A DNA stretch of 64,000 bases from Chloroflexota bacterium (GCA_965217845.1 OZ244573.1:1976610-2040609); one strand, 5' to 3'; counted from the first letter of the stretch, positions 18,835 through 29,600 are shown. Notes: a model not told the origin generated them from the sequence alone. Translations and numbers: made by a program.

Positions 18835-19704
18835 TCAGGCGCGCATTAGCTCGGGAACGTGCCCTTCCATCCAGGTGCGCAGCGGAACATCCTGGGGGCC
18901 GGGCGAGGTGCGTCCGTGATTGCTGGAGGAATAACCCAGCATCTGGCGCATGATGGGGTCGGCCTGCTGGTACCACTCGGCCGGGTAATGCATTTCATCG
19001 CGAGCGTGCAGCCAGCGGTAGCCGTAACCGTAAAAGAGCACCTTGCGGGTTGTCTCGAAATAGTTGGGGGTGGCCGAATGCCAGAGCCGTCGGTCGAAGA
19101 CCACCGCGTCGCCGGGGCTGGCCAGGACCGGCACCGCCCCCTCAGGCTGACCGCGGCCGCCCGGCGGGATCTCGATCTCGTTCCGTAGGTGAGATCCCGG
19201 TACGACCCAGAAGTTGCCGCGCCCGGGCTGGGATACGTCGGTTAAGAAATAGGCGACCTTAACCGAAACCCTGGGCCGCGGATTGGTCTCCAGATCGCGG
19301 TTGAGCTGACCTGAGTCCTGGTGCCAGCCCCAGGTCGGACCGTCGGGGTCGTAAACGCCGCGCTCGCGTCCGGAGACGGTCAAATGGGAGTGGTAGAGAT
19401 ATATGTTCCAACCCAGGATTCCAAACATCTTGGGCAGGATCCGTTCGTAGCAGACCAGGTCGAAAAAGATTTGGTCGAGGCCGATAAAGCCGAGCAGATT
19501 GAACCGCTGCGCCAACGAACTGTCGCGTTCGCCACGTATCAGTTCGCCGCTAAGTCCCTCTTCCCAACAGCGGTCGACGGCAGCCAGGCAGTGCGTGTTC
19601 AATGCCGGGTCCAATGCTCCCGGAAACCGCAAAAACCCGTCGCGTGCAAAGATCTCGCGTTCGTCGTCGGTGAGCAGATGAGCGCCAAAATTTCGCCCAG
19701 GCAT
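18835..19704 (-). CDS. Phytanoyl-CoA dioxygenase (PhyH)-family Fe(II)/2-oxoglutarate oxygenase
   Basis: PhyH-fold motifs with a HxD…H metal triad context (…WGWHQDSGQ…VVPGSHL…RLWHSATPN…). Start trimmed to the ATG at 19704, which has a GGAGG box 7 nt upstream. The longer ORF would overlap dnaG. Confidence 0.75.
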   Translation of the reverse strand: MPGRNFGAHLLTDDEREIFARDGFLRFPGALDPALNTHCLAAVDRCWEEGLSGELIRGERDSSLAQRFNLLGFIGLDQIFFDLVCYERILPKMFGILGWNIYLYHSHLTVSGRERGVYDPDGPTWGWHQDSGQLNRDLETNPRPRVSVKVAYFLTDVSQPGRGNFWVVPGSHLRNEIEIPPGGRGQPEGAVPVLASPGDAVVFDRRLWHSATPNYFETTRKVLFYGYGYRWLHARDEMHYPAEWYQQADPIMRQMLGYSSSNHGRTSPGPQDVPLRTWMEGHVPELMRA

Positions 19705-19899
19705 GTTTCCTCCCGGCTCCCCCTTCAGCATCCGCAAGTATGGCCAACCTACCTGCATCAAAATGGCATCCGCGCGGGCCGGCCGGTAGATTTTTGACGG
19801 CGATCCGATCGGTCCTGGGTCCGGCGCGCCGGCATTGACGACGGCGGGTTCGGAAGTTACCAAAATTGGTGACATAGGAAAGGCGGCGATTGGCAACCG

Positions 19900-21723
19900 A
19901 TGGCCGGAGAAATAGATGAGATCAAGGCCCGTCTTTCGATCGAAGGCCTGGTGGGACGCCATGTCCAGTTGCAGCGCTCCGGCCGTCACCTGCGCGGCCG
20001 CTGTCCGTTTCACGACGAGCGCACACCCTCGTTTTTCGTCTTCCTAGATTCCGGCAACTACAAGTGCTTCGGTTGCGGCGAAGCCGGAGACGCCTTCACC
20101 TTTCTGATGCGGATGGAGAACCTGACCTTCCGCGAGGCGCTGCTGCGGCTGGCCGAGGAGACCGGCGTCAGGCTTGCCCCGTCAAACCAGGACCCGGCGC
20201 GTCGCCAATATCTCGACTCCCTTGCCGGAGCCGCTGAGGCCGCCTGCCGCCACTTTGAGCGTCAACTGACGCAACACCCTCACGGCGAGACGGCGCGCGA
20301 CTACCTGCGCCAGCGCGGAATCGAACCCGACGTGCAGTCCCGGTTCCGCCTGGGTCTGGCGCCCGACTCCTGGGACGGGCTGCTGTCGGCGCTGACCGGA
20401 CAGGGAATTGCGCCCCGGATCCTGCTGGCCGCCGGGCTGGTCCGCCAGGGGCAGCAGCAAAACCTCTACGATGCCTTTCGCGGCCGACTCATGTTTCCGA
20501 TCCGGGCCGCCAACGGCGGCGTGCGCGGATTCGGCGGCCGCACCCTGGGGACCGATCCCGCCAAGTACATCAATACCGGCACCACCGAGATTTTTGACAA
20601 GAGCCGCCTGCTCTATGGCCTGGACCTGGCCCGCCCGGCGCTGCGGCGCCTGCGCCAGGCCGTGGTCGTGGAGGGCTACACAGACGTCATCGCCGCCCAT
20701 GCGGCCGGATTTGAGAACGTGGTCGCGGCGATGGGTACCACCCTGACCGAGCCCCAGTTCCGGATGATCGCCGAGAGCGTTGACCAGATCGTGGTCTGCA
20801 TGGACGGCGATGCCGCCGGCCAGGCCGCCGGGCGCCGCAACCTGGAGCGTATGGATGAATTCCTGGGGCCGTTGGTCTGGCACGAAGGCCAGCTGCGCGC
20901 CGAAATCAAGATTGCGCGGATGCCGCAGGGCGAGGATCCGGACCAGGTCATCCGTACCGACCGCGAACGCTGGCAAGACCTACTTGCGGCGGCGGTGCCG
21001 CTGCCCGAATACCTTTTCGGGGAGATAGTGGCCGCAGCCGATATCAATACCCGCCGCGGCCGTGCCCAGGCCCTGCAGGAGGCGCTCAAATACCTGCGCC
21101 GCCTGGCGCGCGGTGACCCGGTAACCCGTTCCGACTACATCGCCGCCCTGGCTGAACGCCTACAGATACCGGCGGCCGCGATCGAAGCCGAGTTGCGGCG
21201 GCGCCCCGGCGAGGGCCAGCCGGGTGACTTCGGGGCGCCCGTCTCTGCCCAGGGGTCGGTAGCGGTGCCCCCGGAAGACCGGCTGTGCGCTTTGGCAATG
21301 CAGAATCCGGCGCTGTTGCGGCAGTCTGTCGGGAGGACGGCGCTGCCGTTGGCCGCATTCAGCGGTGCGTCCGCGCGGGCGGTGTTCGAGATCCTGTCGC
21401 GACTGCGGTCGTCGGAATCGGCCGAATCGCACCTGGCGCGGCAGTTGGGCCCCCAGGATCGGGAATACCTTGCCCACCTGGCCCGACTCAACGCCGGCCA
21501 GCCGGAACCGGTCACCGACCAACAGGTTTCAGCCGACCTGGCACGGCTTGTGCTGGAGCTGCGGCGGCGCTGGATCACAGCCGAGGCCGAACGCACCACG
21601 CTGGTGCTCGGTAGCGAGACCGACCCGCACATCCAGCGCCAGGCGCTGGCGGCCATGAATGACCTGTATCGCCAGCGCCTGGCAATCGATCGACAGCTCA
21701 TGACCCTGTCGATTTCGACCTAG
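19900..21723 (+). CDS. dnaG: DNA primase
   Basis: CHC2 zinc finger (CPFHDERTPSF…CFGCG), TOPRIM domain (…VVEGYTDVIA…CMDGDAAG…); 607 aa; followed by rpoD (the classic MMS-operon order). Confidence 0.9.
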   Translation: MAGEIDEIKARLSIEGLVGRHVQLQRSGRHLRGRCPFHDERTPSFFVFLDSGNYKCFGCGEAGDAFTFLMRMENLTFREALLRLAEETGVRLAPSNQDPARRQYLDSLAGAAEAACRHFERQLTQHPHGETARDYLRQRGIEPDVQSRFRLGLAPDSWDGLLSALTGQGIAPRILLAAGLVRQGQQQNLYDAFRGRLMFPIRAANGGVRGFGGRTLGTDPAKYINTGTTEIFDKSRLLYGLDLARPALRRLRQAVVVEGYTDVIAAHAAGFENVVAAMGTTLTEPQFRMIAESVDQIVVCMDGDAAGQAAGRRNLERMDEFLGPLVWHEGQLRAEIKIARMPQGEDPDQVIRTDRERWQDLLAAAVPLPEYLFGEIVAAADINTRRGRAQALQEALKYLRRLARGDPVTRSDYIAALAERLQIPAAAIEAELRRRPGEGQPGDFGAPVSAQGSVAVPPEDRLCALAMQNPALLRQSVGRTALPLAAFSGASARAVFEILSRLRSSESAESHLARQLGPQDREYLAHLARLNAGQPEPVTDQQVSADLARLVLELRRRWITAEAERTTLVLGSETDPHIQRQALAAMNDLYRQRLAIDRQLMTLSIST

Positions 21724-21907
21724 AATCTCTTCGACCCGCCCCGACGAAGTGGTGTCGGTCGACTCTCTGGTAGAGAAGCAGTATTGCGTGGGATTGGAAG
21801 CGCGCCCGCCAGCATTGGACTCAACTGTCTGAGCTCGGTTCCAAACCCGGGCGCAGTCGAAAGACAAGCAGACGGCGCGGGCGAGCGCGACGGGAGCGGA
21901 GAGTAAT

Positions 21908-23344
21908 TTGGCGATCAAGGCAAAAGGCAAGTCGAAGCAATCCGAGGCCAGCAAGGCCGGGGGCAAACCCGTACCTGGCCCGGACAATCAGAACCATCAG
22001 TCCACTGCCCCGCCGGACGTCCCCCAACTCCAATCCGAAGAAATCCCCTTTGAAACCCTGCTGGCCCAGTGGCAGGAGCGCGGCTGGGTAACCTACGCCG
22101 AATTGTTCGCGGTCTTCCCGGACGTTCACATCGACAAGTTCGGTCCCGAGCACGAGCTCCACAAGGAGCTGACCGCCGAGCACATCGACGTCCGCTCGCA
22201 GGCCCCCGAGGCCGACGAAATCGAGATTTCGTCCGAGTTGTCTTCGGAAATGGAAGCCCTTGTAACGAAGGGCAAGCGCGACGGGTATGTCACCTACGAC
22301 GACATCCTGGTGGTCATCCCGGAGGTCGAGGAGGAGATGGACCAGATCGACGACCTTTACCAGCGGCTGATGAGCGAGGGCGTAAAGATCCTCTCCGAGG
22401 GGCTGGAACCCCCGGCGCCGCGAGCCGCCAGTGAACAGAGCGAGACGGTTCCCGCCAACGTGGCCCCGGCACCCTCATCAACCGGATCCCTGGACGATCC
22501 GGTGCGCATGTACCTGCGGGAGATCGGCCGGGCCAATCTCCTGACCGCGCGTGAAGAAGTCAAGCTGGCACGACAGATGGAGGCCGGCAGCATGCGGGCC
22601 CGCGAGCGCCTGATCAAATCGAACCTGCGCCTCGTGGTCTCGGTCGCCAAGAAGTACACCGGCCGCGGAATGTCACTGCTCGACTTGATCCAGGAGGGCA
22701 ACATCGGACTGGTGCGCGCGGTCGAGAAATTCGACTACCGGCGCGGTTACAAGTTCTCGACCTATGCCACCTGGTGGATCCGACAGGCGATTACCAGGTC
22801 GATCGCCGACCAGGCCCGTACCATCCGGATTCCGGTACACATGGTCGAGACCATCAACAAGCTGATCCGCAAGACTCGCGAACTGCTCCAGGAAAACGGC
22901 CACGAGCCTACCCATGAGGAGTTGGCCGAGGCGCTCGGGATCACGGTCGAGAAAGTGGTCGAGATCCGCAAGGTGGCCCAGCAGCCGGTTTCACTGGATA
23001 CACCCATCGGCGAGGACGAGGACAGCCACCTCGGGGACTTTATCGAGGACCAGTCGATCGTCACGCCGGCCGACGCCGCCGCTCACCGCAACCTTCAGGA
23101 TGCGGTGCTGCGCGTACTGCGCGAACTAGACGAGCGCGAACGCAACGTGATCATGCTGCGCTTCGGGATCGGCGACGGCCGCACTTGGACTCTGGAAGAG
23201 GTCGGTCAGCGCTTCGACGTTACCCGCGAACGGATCCGGCAGATCGAGAGCAAGGCCATTCGCAAGCTGCGTCACCCGCGGCGGGCCCAAGCCCTGCAGG
23301 ATTACATCGAAAACCCGGTCGGTCGCGCGCCGATGGTCTCCTAG
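21908..23344 (+). CDS. rpoD: RNA polymerase primary sigma factor (sigma-70)
   Basis: Regions 1.1-4.2 are present, including the region 2 and 4.2 signatures ([33 protein letters not shown]…WWIRQAITR… and the HTH). Confidence 0.9.
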   Translation: MAIKAKGKSKQSEASKAGGKPVPGPDNQNHQSTAPPDVPQLQSEEIPFETLLAQWQERGWVTYAELFAVFPDVHIDKFGPEHELHKELTAEHIDVRSQAPEADEIEISSELSSEMEALVTKGKRDGYVTYDDILVVIPEVEEEMDQIDDLYQRLMSEGVKILSEGLEPPAPRAASEQSETVPANVAPAPSSTGSLDDPVRMYLREIGRANLLTAREEVKLARQMEAGSMRARERLIKSNLRLVVSVAKKYTGRGMSLLDLIQEGNIGLVRAVEKFDYRRGYKFSTYATWWIRQAITRSIADQARTIRIPVHMVETINKLIRKTRELLQENGHEPTHEELAEALGITVEKVVEIRKVAQQPVSLDTPIGEDEDSHLGDFIEDQSIVTPADAAAHRNLQDAVLRVLRELDERERNVIMLRFGIGDGRTWTLEEVGQRFDVTRERIRQIESKAIRKLRHPRRAQALQDYIENPVGRAPMVS

Positions 23345-23447
23345 GGGACCGCCCCCGCCGCCCGTTAAAATTCTTCCCCTGCGATGGTGCAGGGACCGGG
23401 CGGCGTCGACCACGACTAACCTTCTCCACCCCACCTTGCGGGTCTGA

Positions 23448-26400
23448 TTGGCCAAATTGACCAGCACCGCCCACCGCCGCTCCCCGGGTCTACTGGATCC
23501 GGCGTTTGAACACGCGAACTGCGGCGTCGGCGCGATCGCCGACCTTCACGGTCGGCGCACCCACGCGCTGGTAAGCGACGCCCTCACGATCCTTGAGAAC
23601 CTCGCCCACCGCGGCGCCAAGAATGCCGATCCCCTAACTGGCGACGGATCCGGGATCCTGCTGCCGATCGCCGACGAATTCTTCCGCCCCAGCGCCAGCG
23701 CCGTCGGCATAAACCTCCCTCCAGCGGGCCGCTACGGCGTCGGGTCGGTGTTCCTGCCCGCCGACGAGGCCCAGGCCCAGTCCAGCCGCAACCTGATCGG
23801 GGCGATTGCCAGCGAGCGCGGCCAGCGCGTCCTCGGATGGCGAGTAGTACCCACGCGCCGCGGGCACCTGGGTAAGCTGGCCCGCCAGCGGATGCCCAAG
23901 ATCGAGCAAGTCTTCGTGGCTTTGCCCGATGAACACGCCGCCGACCCCGAGGTCGCCGAACGACAGCTGTTCATTACCCGCAAGCTGGTCGAGGCCCACG
24001 CCAACGCGCTGGAGTTGAGTGATCCCGAGACGTTTTTCGTCTGCAGTCTGTCGGTGATGACCGTCGTCTACAAGGGCATGCTCATCTCCACCCAGACGCG
24101 GCCTTTTTTCCCGGATCTGGACGATCCGCGCATGCTGGCCCAATTTGCGATCGTGCATTCGCGGTTTTCCACCAACACGCTCGGCTCCTGGCGCCTGGCC
24201 CATCCCTACCGGATGACGGTCCACAACGGCGAGATCAACACCTTCCGCGGCAACGCCAATTGGATGGCGGCGCGCGAGGCGAGTCTTGACCACCCCGACT
24301 ATCGGGGCCTCGGCACCGACCTGTTCCCCATCATCACCCCCAATTCCTCGGACACGGCCGCGTTTGACAACGTGGTCGAGCTGCTGGTCCGCTCCGGTCG
24401 TCCGCTGGCCCAGGCGATGTTGATGATGGTTCCCGAAGCCTGGGAGCGGCATACGGCGATGCCGCCGGAAATGCGCGATTTCTACCGCTACCACGCCTGC
24501 CTGATGGAACCATGGGACGGTCCCGCGCTGCTGGTGACAACCGACGGGCGGCGCATCGCGGCCCTGCTTGACCGCAACGGGTTTCGCCCGTTCCGTTACA
24601 CGGAGACCTGGGACGGCCGGCTGGTGCTGGCATCCGAGACCGGGGTACTCGGCCTGGAAATCGAGAACGTGCGCTCGCGCGGCCGCCTGGCCCCGGGCCA
24701 GATACTGCTGGTCGACCCCGATGGCGATGGGATAGTCACCGATCAGGCGGTCAAGTCAGAACTTGCGGGTACCAGGCCATACGGACGCTGGCTGGACGAG
24801 AACTTGCTGACCGTGGACGACCTGCCGCCGGCCAAAAGCGCCCCGGCACCGACCGACGTGACCCTGCGCCAAAGGCAGCGCGCATTCGGATACACCTTCG
24901 AGGACCTGACCACTATCCTGCAGCCGATGGGTCTCTCTGGAGCCGAGCCGATCGGCTCAATGGGGCTCGACACTCCGCTGGCGGTGTTCTCAGAGCACCC
25001 GCAGCCGCTCTTTAACTATTTCAAGCAGCTGTTCGCACAGGTTTCCAACCCACCGGTGGACGCGATCCGCGAGGAGCTGGTCACAGCTACCGATACGCTG
25101 CTGGGGGCGCGCGGCAACGTGTTGCTCGACGCGGGCGAGCAGTGCCGCCTGCTGCACCTGGACGCGGTCGTTGTCGACGATTCGAGGTTGGCCCGGATCA
25201 ATGCGCTGGATCGGCTAGGGTTGCGAACCCGCACCCTGGACGCCCTTTACGGGTCGGCCCATGAACCCGGATCGCTGGCCGCGGCAATGGACGATCTGTG
25301 TGCCCAAGTCGATTGCGCCCTAGCCGATGGCTGTACGATCCTGGTGATCTCCGACCGGGGCGCCGATGCCGAGCGGGCCCCGATTCCGGCGCTCCTGGCC
25401 CTTTCCGGGGTGCACCACCACCTGATTCGGACCGGCCAGCGCCTGGCCTGCGGGCTGGTATCCGACACCGGCGAGGCCCTCGACGTGCATTCCGTCGCCT
25501 GCCTCCTCGGCTACGGAGCCCAGGCGGTCTGTCCCTACCTGGCATTCGAATCGATCCTCGCGCTCTCGGCCGCAGGCGAGCTGAATTCACATTCATCCGC
25601 CGACGCCTGCGGCAAGTACATCAAGGGCCTGGAGAAGGGCGTGCTCAAGATCATGTCCAAGATGGGCATATCCACTGCGCGCAGCTACCAGGGCTCCCAG
25701 ATCTTCGAAGCGGTGGGGTTGAGCCAGGAACTTGTGGACCGGTTCTTTACCTGGACACCCACGCGCATCGGCGGCCTAACGCTGGACGAGCTGCAAGCCG
25801 ATTACGCCCGCCGTCAACTGGCGGCCTACCCGCAGAACGGCGCCCTTTCCGGAAGCCTGGAGCTTGAACCGGGCGGGTATTTCCAGTGGTATCGCGACGG
25901 CGAGCGCCACATGCTCAATCCCGCAACGGTTGCCCTGCTGCAGAAGGCGACCGGCGCCAACAGCTACCCGATCTATGAGGATTTTGCCGCCCAGTGCGAG
26001 GTCGAGGATCGCCGCGCCACCACCCTGCGCGGGCTCCTGGATTTTCGTTGGGCGGCCGAGCCGCTGCCTATCGACGCAGTGGAACCGGAGGAACGGATCG
26101 TCCAGCGCTTTGCCACCGGCGCGATTTCGCTGGGAGCCATTTCCAAGGAAGCGCACGAGGCGCTGGCGGTCGCGATGAATTCGATCGGGGCCAAGTCCAA
26201 TACCGGCGAGGGCGGCGAGGACCACCGCCGCTACAAGCCCGACCCCGACGGCTCCTGGCGCAACAGCGCAATCAAACAGGTGGCTTCGGGGCGCTTCGGA
26301 GTAACGACCGACTACCTGGTCAACGCTACCGACCTGCAGATAAAGATGGCGCAGGGCTCCAAGCCGGGCGAAGGTGGGCAACTGCCGGGACGCAAGGTGG

Positions 26401-28022
26401 ATGAATATATCGGCTGGATCCGGCACTCGACCCCGGGCGTGGAGTTGATCTCGCCGCCACCGCACCACGATATCTACTCGATCGAAGACCTGGCGCAGCT
26501 GATCCATGATCTCAAGAACGTAAATCCCTACTCGCGAATCAACGTCAAGCTGGTCGCCGCGATCGGAGTTGGCACGATCGCCGCCGGAGTCGCCAAAGGA
26601 TTCGGGGACGTGGTCCTCATATCCGGTGACTCGGGTGGAACCGGGGCATCACCCTGGTCATCGATCAAACATGCCGGACTACCCTGGGAACTGGGACTGG
26701 CCGAGACCCACCAAGTGCTTCTGGCCAACGACCTGCGCTCGCGGATGGTGGTCCAGACCGACGGGCAACTGCGTACCGGGCGCGACGTGGCGGTCGCCTG
26801 TCTGCTCGGGGCCGAAGAATTCGGGTTCTCCACCCTGCCTTTGGTCACGCTGGGCTGCGTGATGCTGCGTAAGTGTCACCTCAACACCTGCTCGGTGGGG
26901 GTCGCCACCCAGGACCCAGTGCTGCGGGCACGCTTCGCCGGCAAGCCCGAAGCGGTCATCAATTACTTCTTCATGGTGGCCCGCCACCTGCGCGAAATCA
27001 TGGCCGGACTGGGTGTCCGCAGCGTCGACGAGATGATCGGCCGGGCCGATCTGCTTGAACCGCGCCAGGACATCGAGCTGGCCAAGGCCGCGCGCGTGGA
27101 CCTTTCGCGGTTGCTTTACCAGCCGGATGTGCCCCCTGATGTGGGCCATCGCAACATGTTCGCCCAGCAACACGGGCTCAACCACGCTCTGGATAACGAG
27201 ATAATCCGCACCGCCGCGCCGGCGCTGGACGAGGGCCGGCCGGTGCGGGCCCGCTTTGCGGTCCGCAACTCCAACCGGACCCTGCTGACTATGCTCTCCG
27301 GCGAGATCGCGCGCCGTTACGGCGGCGAAGGCCTGCCGCCGGACTCCATCAGGCTCCAATTGAGCGGATCCTGCGGGCAGAGTTTCGGCGCCTTCCTGGC
27401 GCCTGGCATCGACGCCAGGATCGTCGGTGACGCCAACGACTATTTCGGCAAGGGCATGGCCGGCGGCTCGATCACGATCCGACCGCCCGTCAACGCCGGT
27501 TTCCTGCCGGAGGAGAACATCATCGTCGGCAACGTGGTCCTCTACGGCGCCACCGGCGGCAAGATGTTCGTGCGCGGCCAGGCCGGCGAACGCTTCGCGG
27601 TGCGAAATTCGGGCGCTGCCACCGTCGTCGAAGGAATTGGCGACCACGGCTGCGAGTACATGACTGGCGGCATCGTGGTAGTCATAGGACCGACCGGCCG
27701 CAATTTTGCCGCCGGAATGAGCGGCGGAATTGCTTACGTGCTGGACCCCGAAAGGCGCCTGGCGGCAGGGCATTGCAACCCGGATATGGTCGACCTGGAG
27801 ACTCCTGACGAGCAGGATCTGCGGATCGTCAGGGAGCTCCTGGAGGAACATCTTGGCCGCACCGGGAGCAATCCGGCGCGCGAAATCCTGGACGAATTCG
27901 AAGTGCTTGGTTCCGGTTTCGTCAAGGTGATGCCGCGCGATTTCAAGCGCGTACTTACAGAACGGGCCGCGCGCAGCGAGGCCGAGGAACTCACAGCTAT
28001 GGAGCTGGTCCATAACGGTTGA
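23448..28022 (+). CDS. gltB: Glutamate synthase large subunit
   Basis: 1524 aa with an N-terminal amidotransferase Cys (…EHANCGVGAI…), the FMN/3Fe-4S central domain and the C-terminal GXGXG beta-helix domain. Start is TTG at 23448. Confidence 0.95.
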   Translation: MAKLTSTAHRRSPGLLDPAFEHANCGVGAIADLHGRRTHALVSDALTILENLAHRGAKNADPLTGDGSGILLPIADEFFRPSASAVGINLPPAGRYGVGSVFLPADEAQAQSSRNLIGAIASERGQRVLGWRVVPTRRGHLGKLARQRMPKIEQVFVALPDEHAADPEVAERQLFITRKLVEAHANALELSDPETFFVCSLSVMTVVYKGMLISTQTRPFFPDLDDPRMLAQFAIVHSRFSTNTLGSWRLAHPYRMTVHNGEINTFRGNANWMAAREASLDHPDYRGLGTDLFPIITPNSSDTAAFDNVVELLVRSGRPLAQAMLMMVPEAWERHTAMPPEMRDFYRYHACLMEPWDGPALLVTTDGRRIAALLDRNGFRPFRYTETWDGRLVLASETGVLGLEIENVRSRGRLAPGQILLVDPDGDGIVTDQAVKSELAGTRPYGRWLDENLLTVDDLPPAKSAPAPTDVTLRQRQRAFGYTFEDLTTILQPMGLSGAEPIGSMGLDTPLAVFSEHPQPLFNYFKQLFAQVSNPPVDAIREELVTATDTLLGARGNVLLDAGEQCRLLHLDAVVVDDSRLARINALDRLGLRTRTLDALYGSAHEPGSLAAAMDDLCAQVDCALADGCTILVISDRGADAERAPIPALLALSGVHHHLIRTGQRLACGLVSDTGEALDVHSVACLLGYGAQAVCPYLAFESILALSAAGELNSHSSADACGKYIKGLEKGVLKIMSKMGISTARSYQGSQIFEAVGLSQELVDRFFTWTPTRIGGLTLDELQADYARRQLAAYPQNGALSGSLELEPGGYFQWYRDGERHMLNPATVALLQKATGANSYPIYEDFAAQCEVEDRRATTLRGLLDFRWAAEPLPIDAVEPEERIVQRFATGAISLGAISKEAHEALAVAMNSIGAKSNTGEGGEDHRRYKPDPDGSWRNSAIKQVASGRFGVTTDYLVNATDLQIKMAQGSKPGEGGQLPGRKVDEYIGWIRHSTPGVELISPPPHHDIYSIEDLAQLIHDLKNVNPYSRINVKLVAAIGVGTIAAGVAKGFGDVVLISGDSGGTGASPWSSIKHAGLPWELGLAETHQVLLANDLRSRMVVQTDGQLRTGRDVAVACLLGAEEFGFSTLPLVTLGCVMLRKCHLNTCSVGVATQDPVLRARFAGKPEAVINYFFMVARHLREIMAGLGVRSVDEMIGRADLLEPRQDIELAKAARVDLSRLLYQPDVPPDVGHRNMFAQQHGLNHALDNEIIRTAAPALDEGRPVRARFAVRNSNRTLLTMLSGEIARRYGGEGLPPDSIRLQLSGSCGQSFGAFLAPGIDARIVGDANDYFGKGMAGGSITIRPPVNAGFLPEENIIVGNVVLYGATGGKMFVRGQAGERFAVRNSGAATVVEGIGDHGCEYMTGGIVVVIGPTGRNFAAGMSGGIAYVLDPERRLAAGHCNPDMVDLETPDEQDLRIVRELLEEHLGRTGSNPAREILDEFEVLGSGFVKVMPRDFKRVLTERAARSEAEELTAMELVHNG

Positions 28023-28152
28023 CCCCACCGGGTTCCTGAGTCACCCGCGGCGGGGAATACCACAGCGGGCGATCGATTCGCGCGTCGGCGACTGGCGCGA
28101 CATCTACCTTCAGCGTGACCCCAACGAATCGGCCCACCAGGCCTCGCGCTGC

Positions 28153-29493
28153 ATGGGTTGCGGCATCCCGTTCTGCCACACCGCCTGCCCGCTGGGAAAC
28201 AAGATCCCGGACTTTAACCGCCACGTCTACGGGCAGCGCTGGGAAGAGGCGCTCAAGGTCCTGCATTCGACCAACAACTTCCCGGAATTTACCGGCCGCA
28301 TCTGCCCGGCGCCGTGCGAGGAATCCTGCGTGCTGGCGATCAACACCGAACCGGTGACGATCGAGCACATCGAGCGCGAGATTGCCGATTGGGGTTTCGC
28401 CAACGGGTTCATCCGGCCCGAACCGCCGGCCGAACGCACCGGCCACCGGGTCGCGGTGATCGGCTCCGGTCCGGCCGGACTGGCGGCGGCGCAGCAGCTG
28501 AACCGCTGCGGCCACCGGGTCGTGGTCTATGAACGTGACGAATACCCGGGCGGGCTGCTGACGCTGGGCATCCCGGATTTCAAGCTCGAAAAGGACGTCG
28601 TCTTCCGGCGGGTCGATCAACTCGAACAGGAGGGCGTCGAATTCCGAACCGGGGTCAATGTCGGCTCCGATATCGACGGCGACGAATTGCGCGCCAATTT
28701 CGATGCGATTTGCCTGGCCACCGGCGCCAACTACCCGCGTTCGTTCACCATCCCTGGGTACGACTTGGATGGGGTCGTCTACGCGATGGACTACCTGTGT
28801 CAGCAGATCCGCCGCAATCTGGGGCAGGATATCCCCGATTCCGAATTCGTAACCGCGCGTGACAAGAAGGTAGTAATCCTCGGTGGGGGCGATACCGCCG
28901 CCGACTGCCTGGGGACCGCCATCCGCCAGGGCGCGGCCGAAATCCACCAGTTCGACATCCATGAATGGCCCGAGCACCGCGCCCCTGACAATCCCTGGCC
29001 CTACTGGCCGGCGGTCATGCGCACCCGCACTACACCGGCTCACCACGAGGGCGGGATTCGCAATTTCAACGTGCTTGCCCAGCGGCTGGCAGGCACCGGC
29101 AGCCGCGTGCAGGCGCTGGAGGCGATTCGACTTGCCTGGGGCGAGAAGGATGAACGTGGTCGTCCCAAGATGATCCGGATGCCGGGGACGGAATTTTCGA
29201 TCGAGGTCGACCTGGTGCTGATTGCGATCGGATTCGCCGGCCCGCACGGCGAGAGCCTGATGGGGCAATTGGGCGTTGGCTTCGACGCTCGCGGCATGAT
29301 CGCGATCGATTCCGATCAGATGACGACCACTCCGGGGGTGTTTGCCTGCGGTGACGTTCACCGGGGCATGTCGCTGGTGGTGTGGGCGATCGCCCACGGG
29401 CGTGACGCGGCGCGCGGCATTGACCGTTTTCTGACCGGCCGAACCGAGCTGCCAGCAAGCGCAGTGACCGGCGAGTTGGGGGTCGGGCGCTAA
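28153..29493 (+). CDS. gltD: Glutamate synthase small subunit (NADPH-dependent). The first canonical start is given; homology to the GltD N-terminus continues upstream to about 28021
   Basis: Two Cys clusters (CMGCGIPFC…, CPAPCEESC), and FAD/NAD Rossmann motifs (VAVIGSGPAGLAAA, VVILGGGDTAADC). See the finding on the missing canonical start. Confidence 0.85.
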   Translation: MGCGIPFCHTACPLGNKIPDFNRHVYGQRWEEALKVLHSTNNFPEFTGRICPAPCEESCVLAINTEPVTIEHIEREIADWGFANGFIRPEPPAERTGHRVAVIGSGPAGLAAAQQLNRCGHRVVVYERDEYPGGLLTLGIPDFKLEKDVVFRRVDQLEQEGVEFRTGVNVGSDIDGDELRANFDAICLATGANYPRSFTIPGYDLDGVVYAMDYLCQQIRRNLGQDIPDSEFVTARDKKVVILGGGDTAADCLGTAIRQGAAEIHQFDIHEWPEHRAPDNPWPYWPAVMRTRTTPAHHEGGIRNFNVLAQRLAGTGSRVQALEAIRLAWGEKDERGRPKMIRMPGTEFSIEVDLVLIAIGFAGPHGESLMGQLGVGFDARGMIAIDSDQMTTTPGVFACGDVHRGMSLVVWAIAHGRDAARGIDRFLTGRTELPASAVTGELGVGR

Positions 29494-29504
29494 ACTGCGA
29501 TCGC

Positions 29505-29600
29505 CCGGGCCGGGCCGGCGCAAACGGATTCGAACCGGCGTCTTCGGGCGCGTCGCGTCGCCTGATTTTTAGACTCGCAACCGGGTCGATCGCCGGCCAT
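29505..29600 (-). other. tRNA-like fragment carrying a canonical T-arm (GGTTCGAATCC) and a GC-rich stem that could be an acceptor stem; no complete cloverleaf could be folded by eye
   Basis: The minus-strand sequence …GACGCCGGTTCGAATCCGTTTGCGCCGGCCC… contains the tRNA T-loop consensus flanked by complementary GCCGGCG/CGCCGGC 7-mers about 84 nt apart. D-arm and anticodon arm are not convincing, so it may be a pseudo-tRNA or integration scar. Confidence 0.3.

Noticed and set aside
19705-20013. N-terminal 103 codons of ORF 18835..20013
   Set aside because: This extension would overlap the dnaG start. The internal ATG at 19704 has a GGAGG box, and the PhyH homology starts there.
23634-24494. 286-aa minus-strand ORF (also 26679..28028, 449 aa)
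   Set aside because: It is antisense to gltB, whose reading frame is unambiguous.
27997-29523. 508-aa minus-strand ORF
   Set aside because: It is antisense to gltD and has no homology signal.
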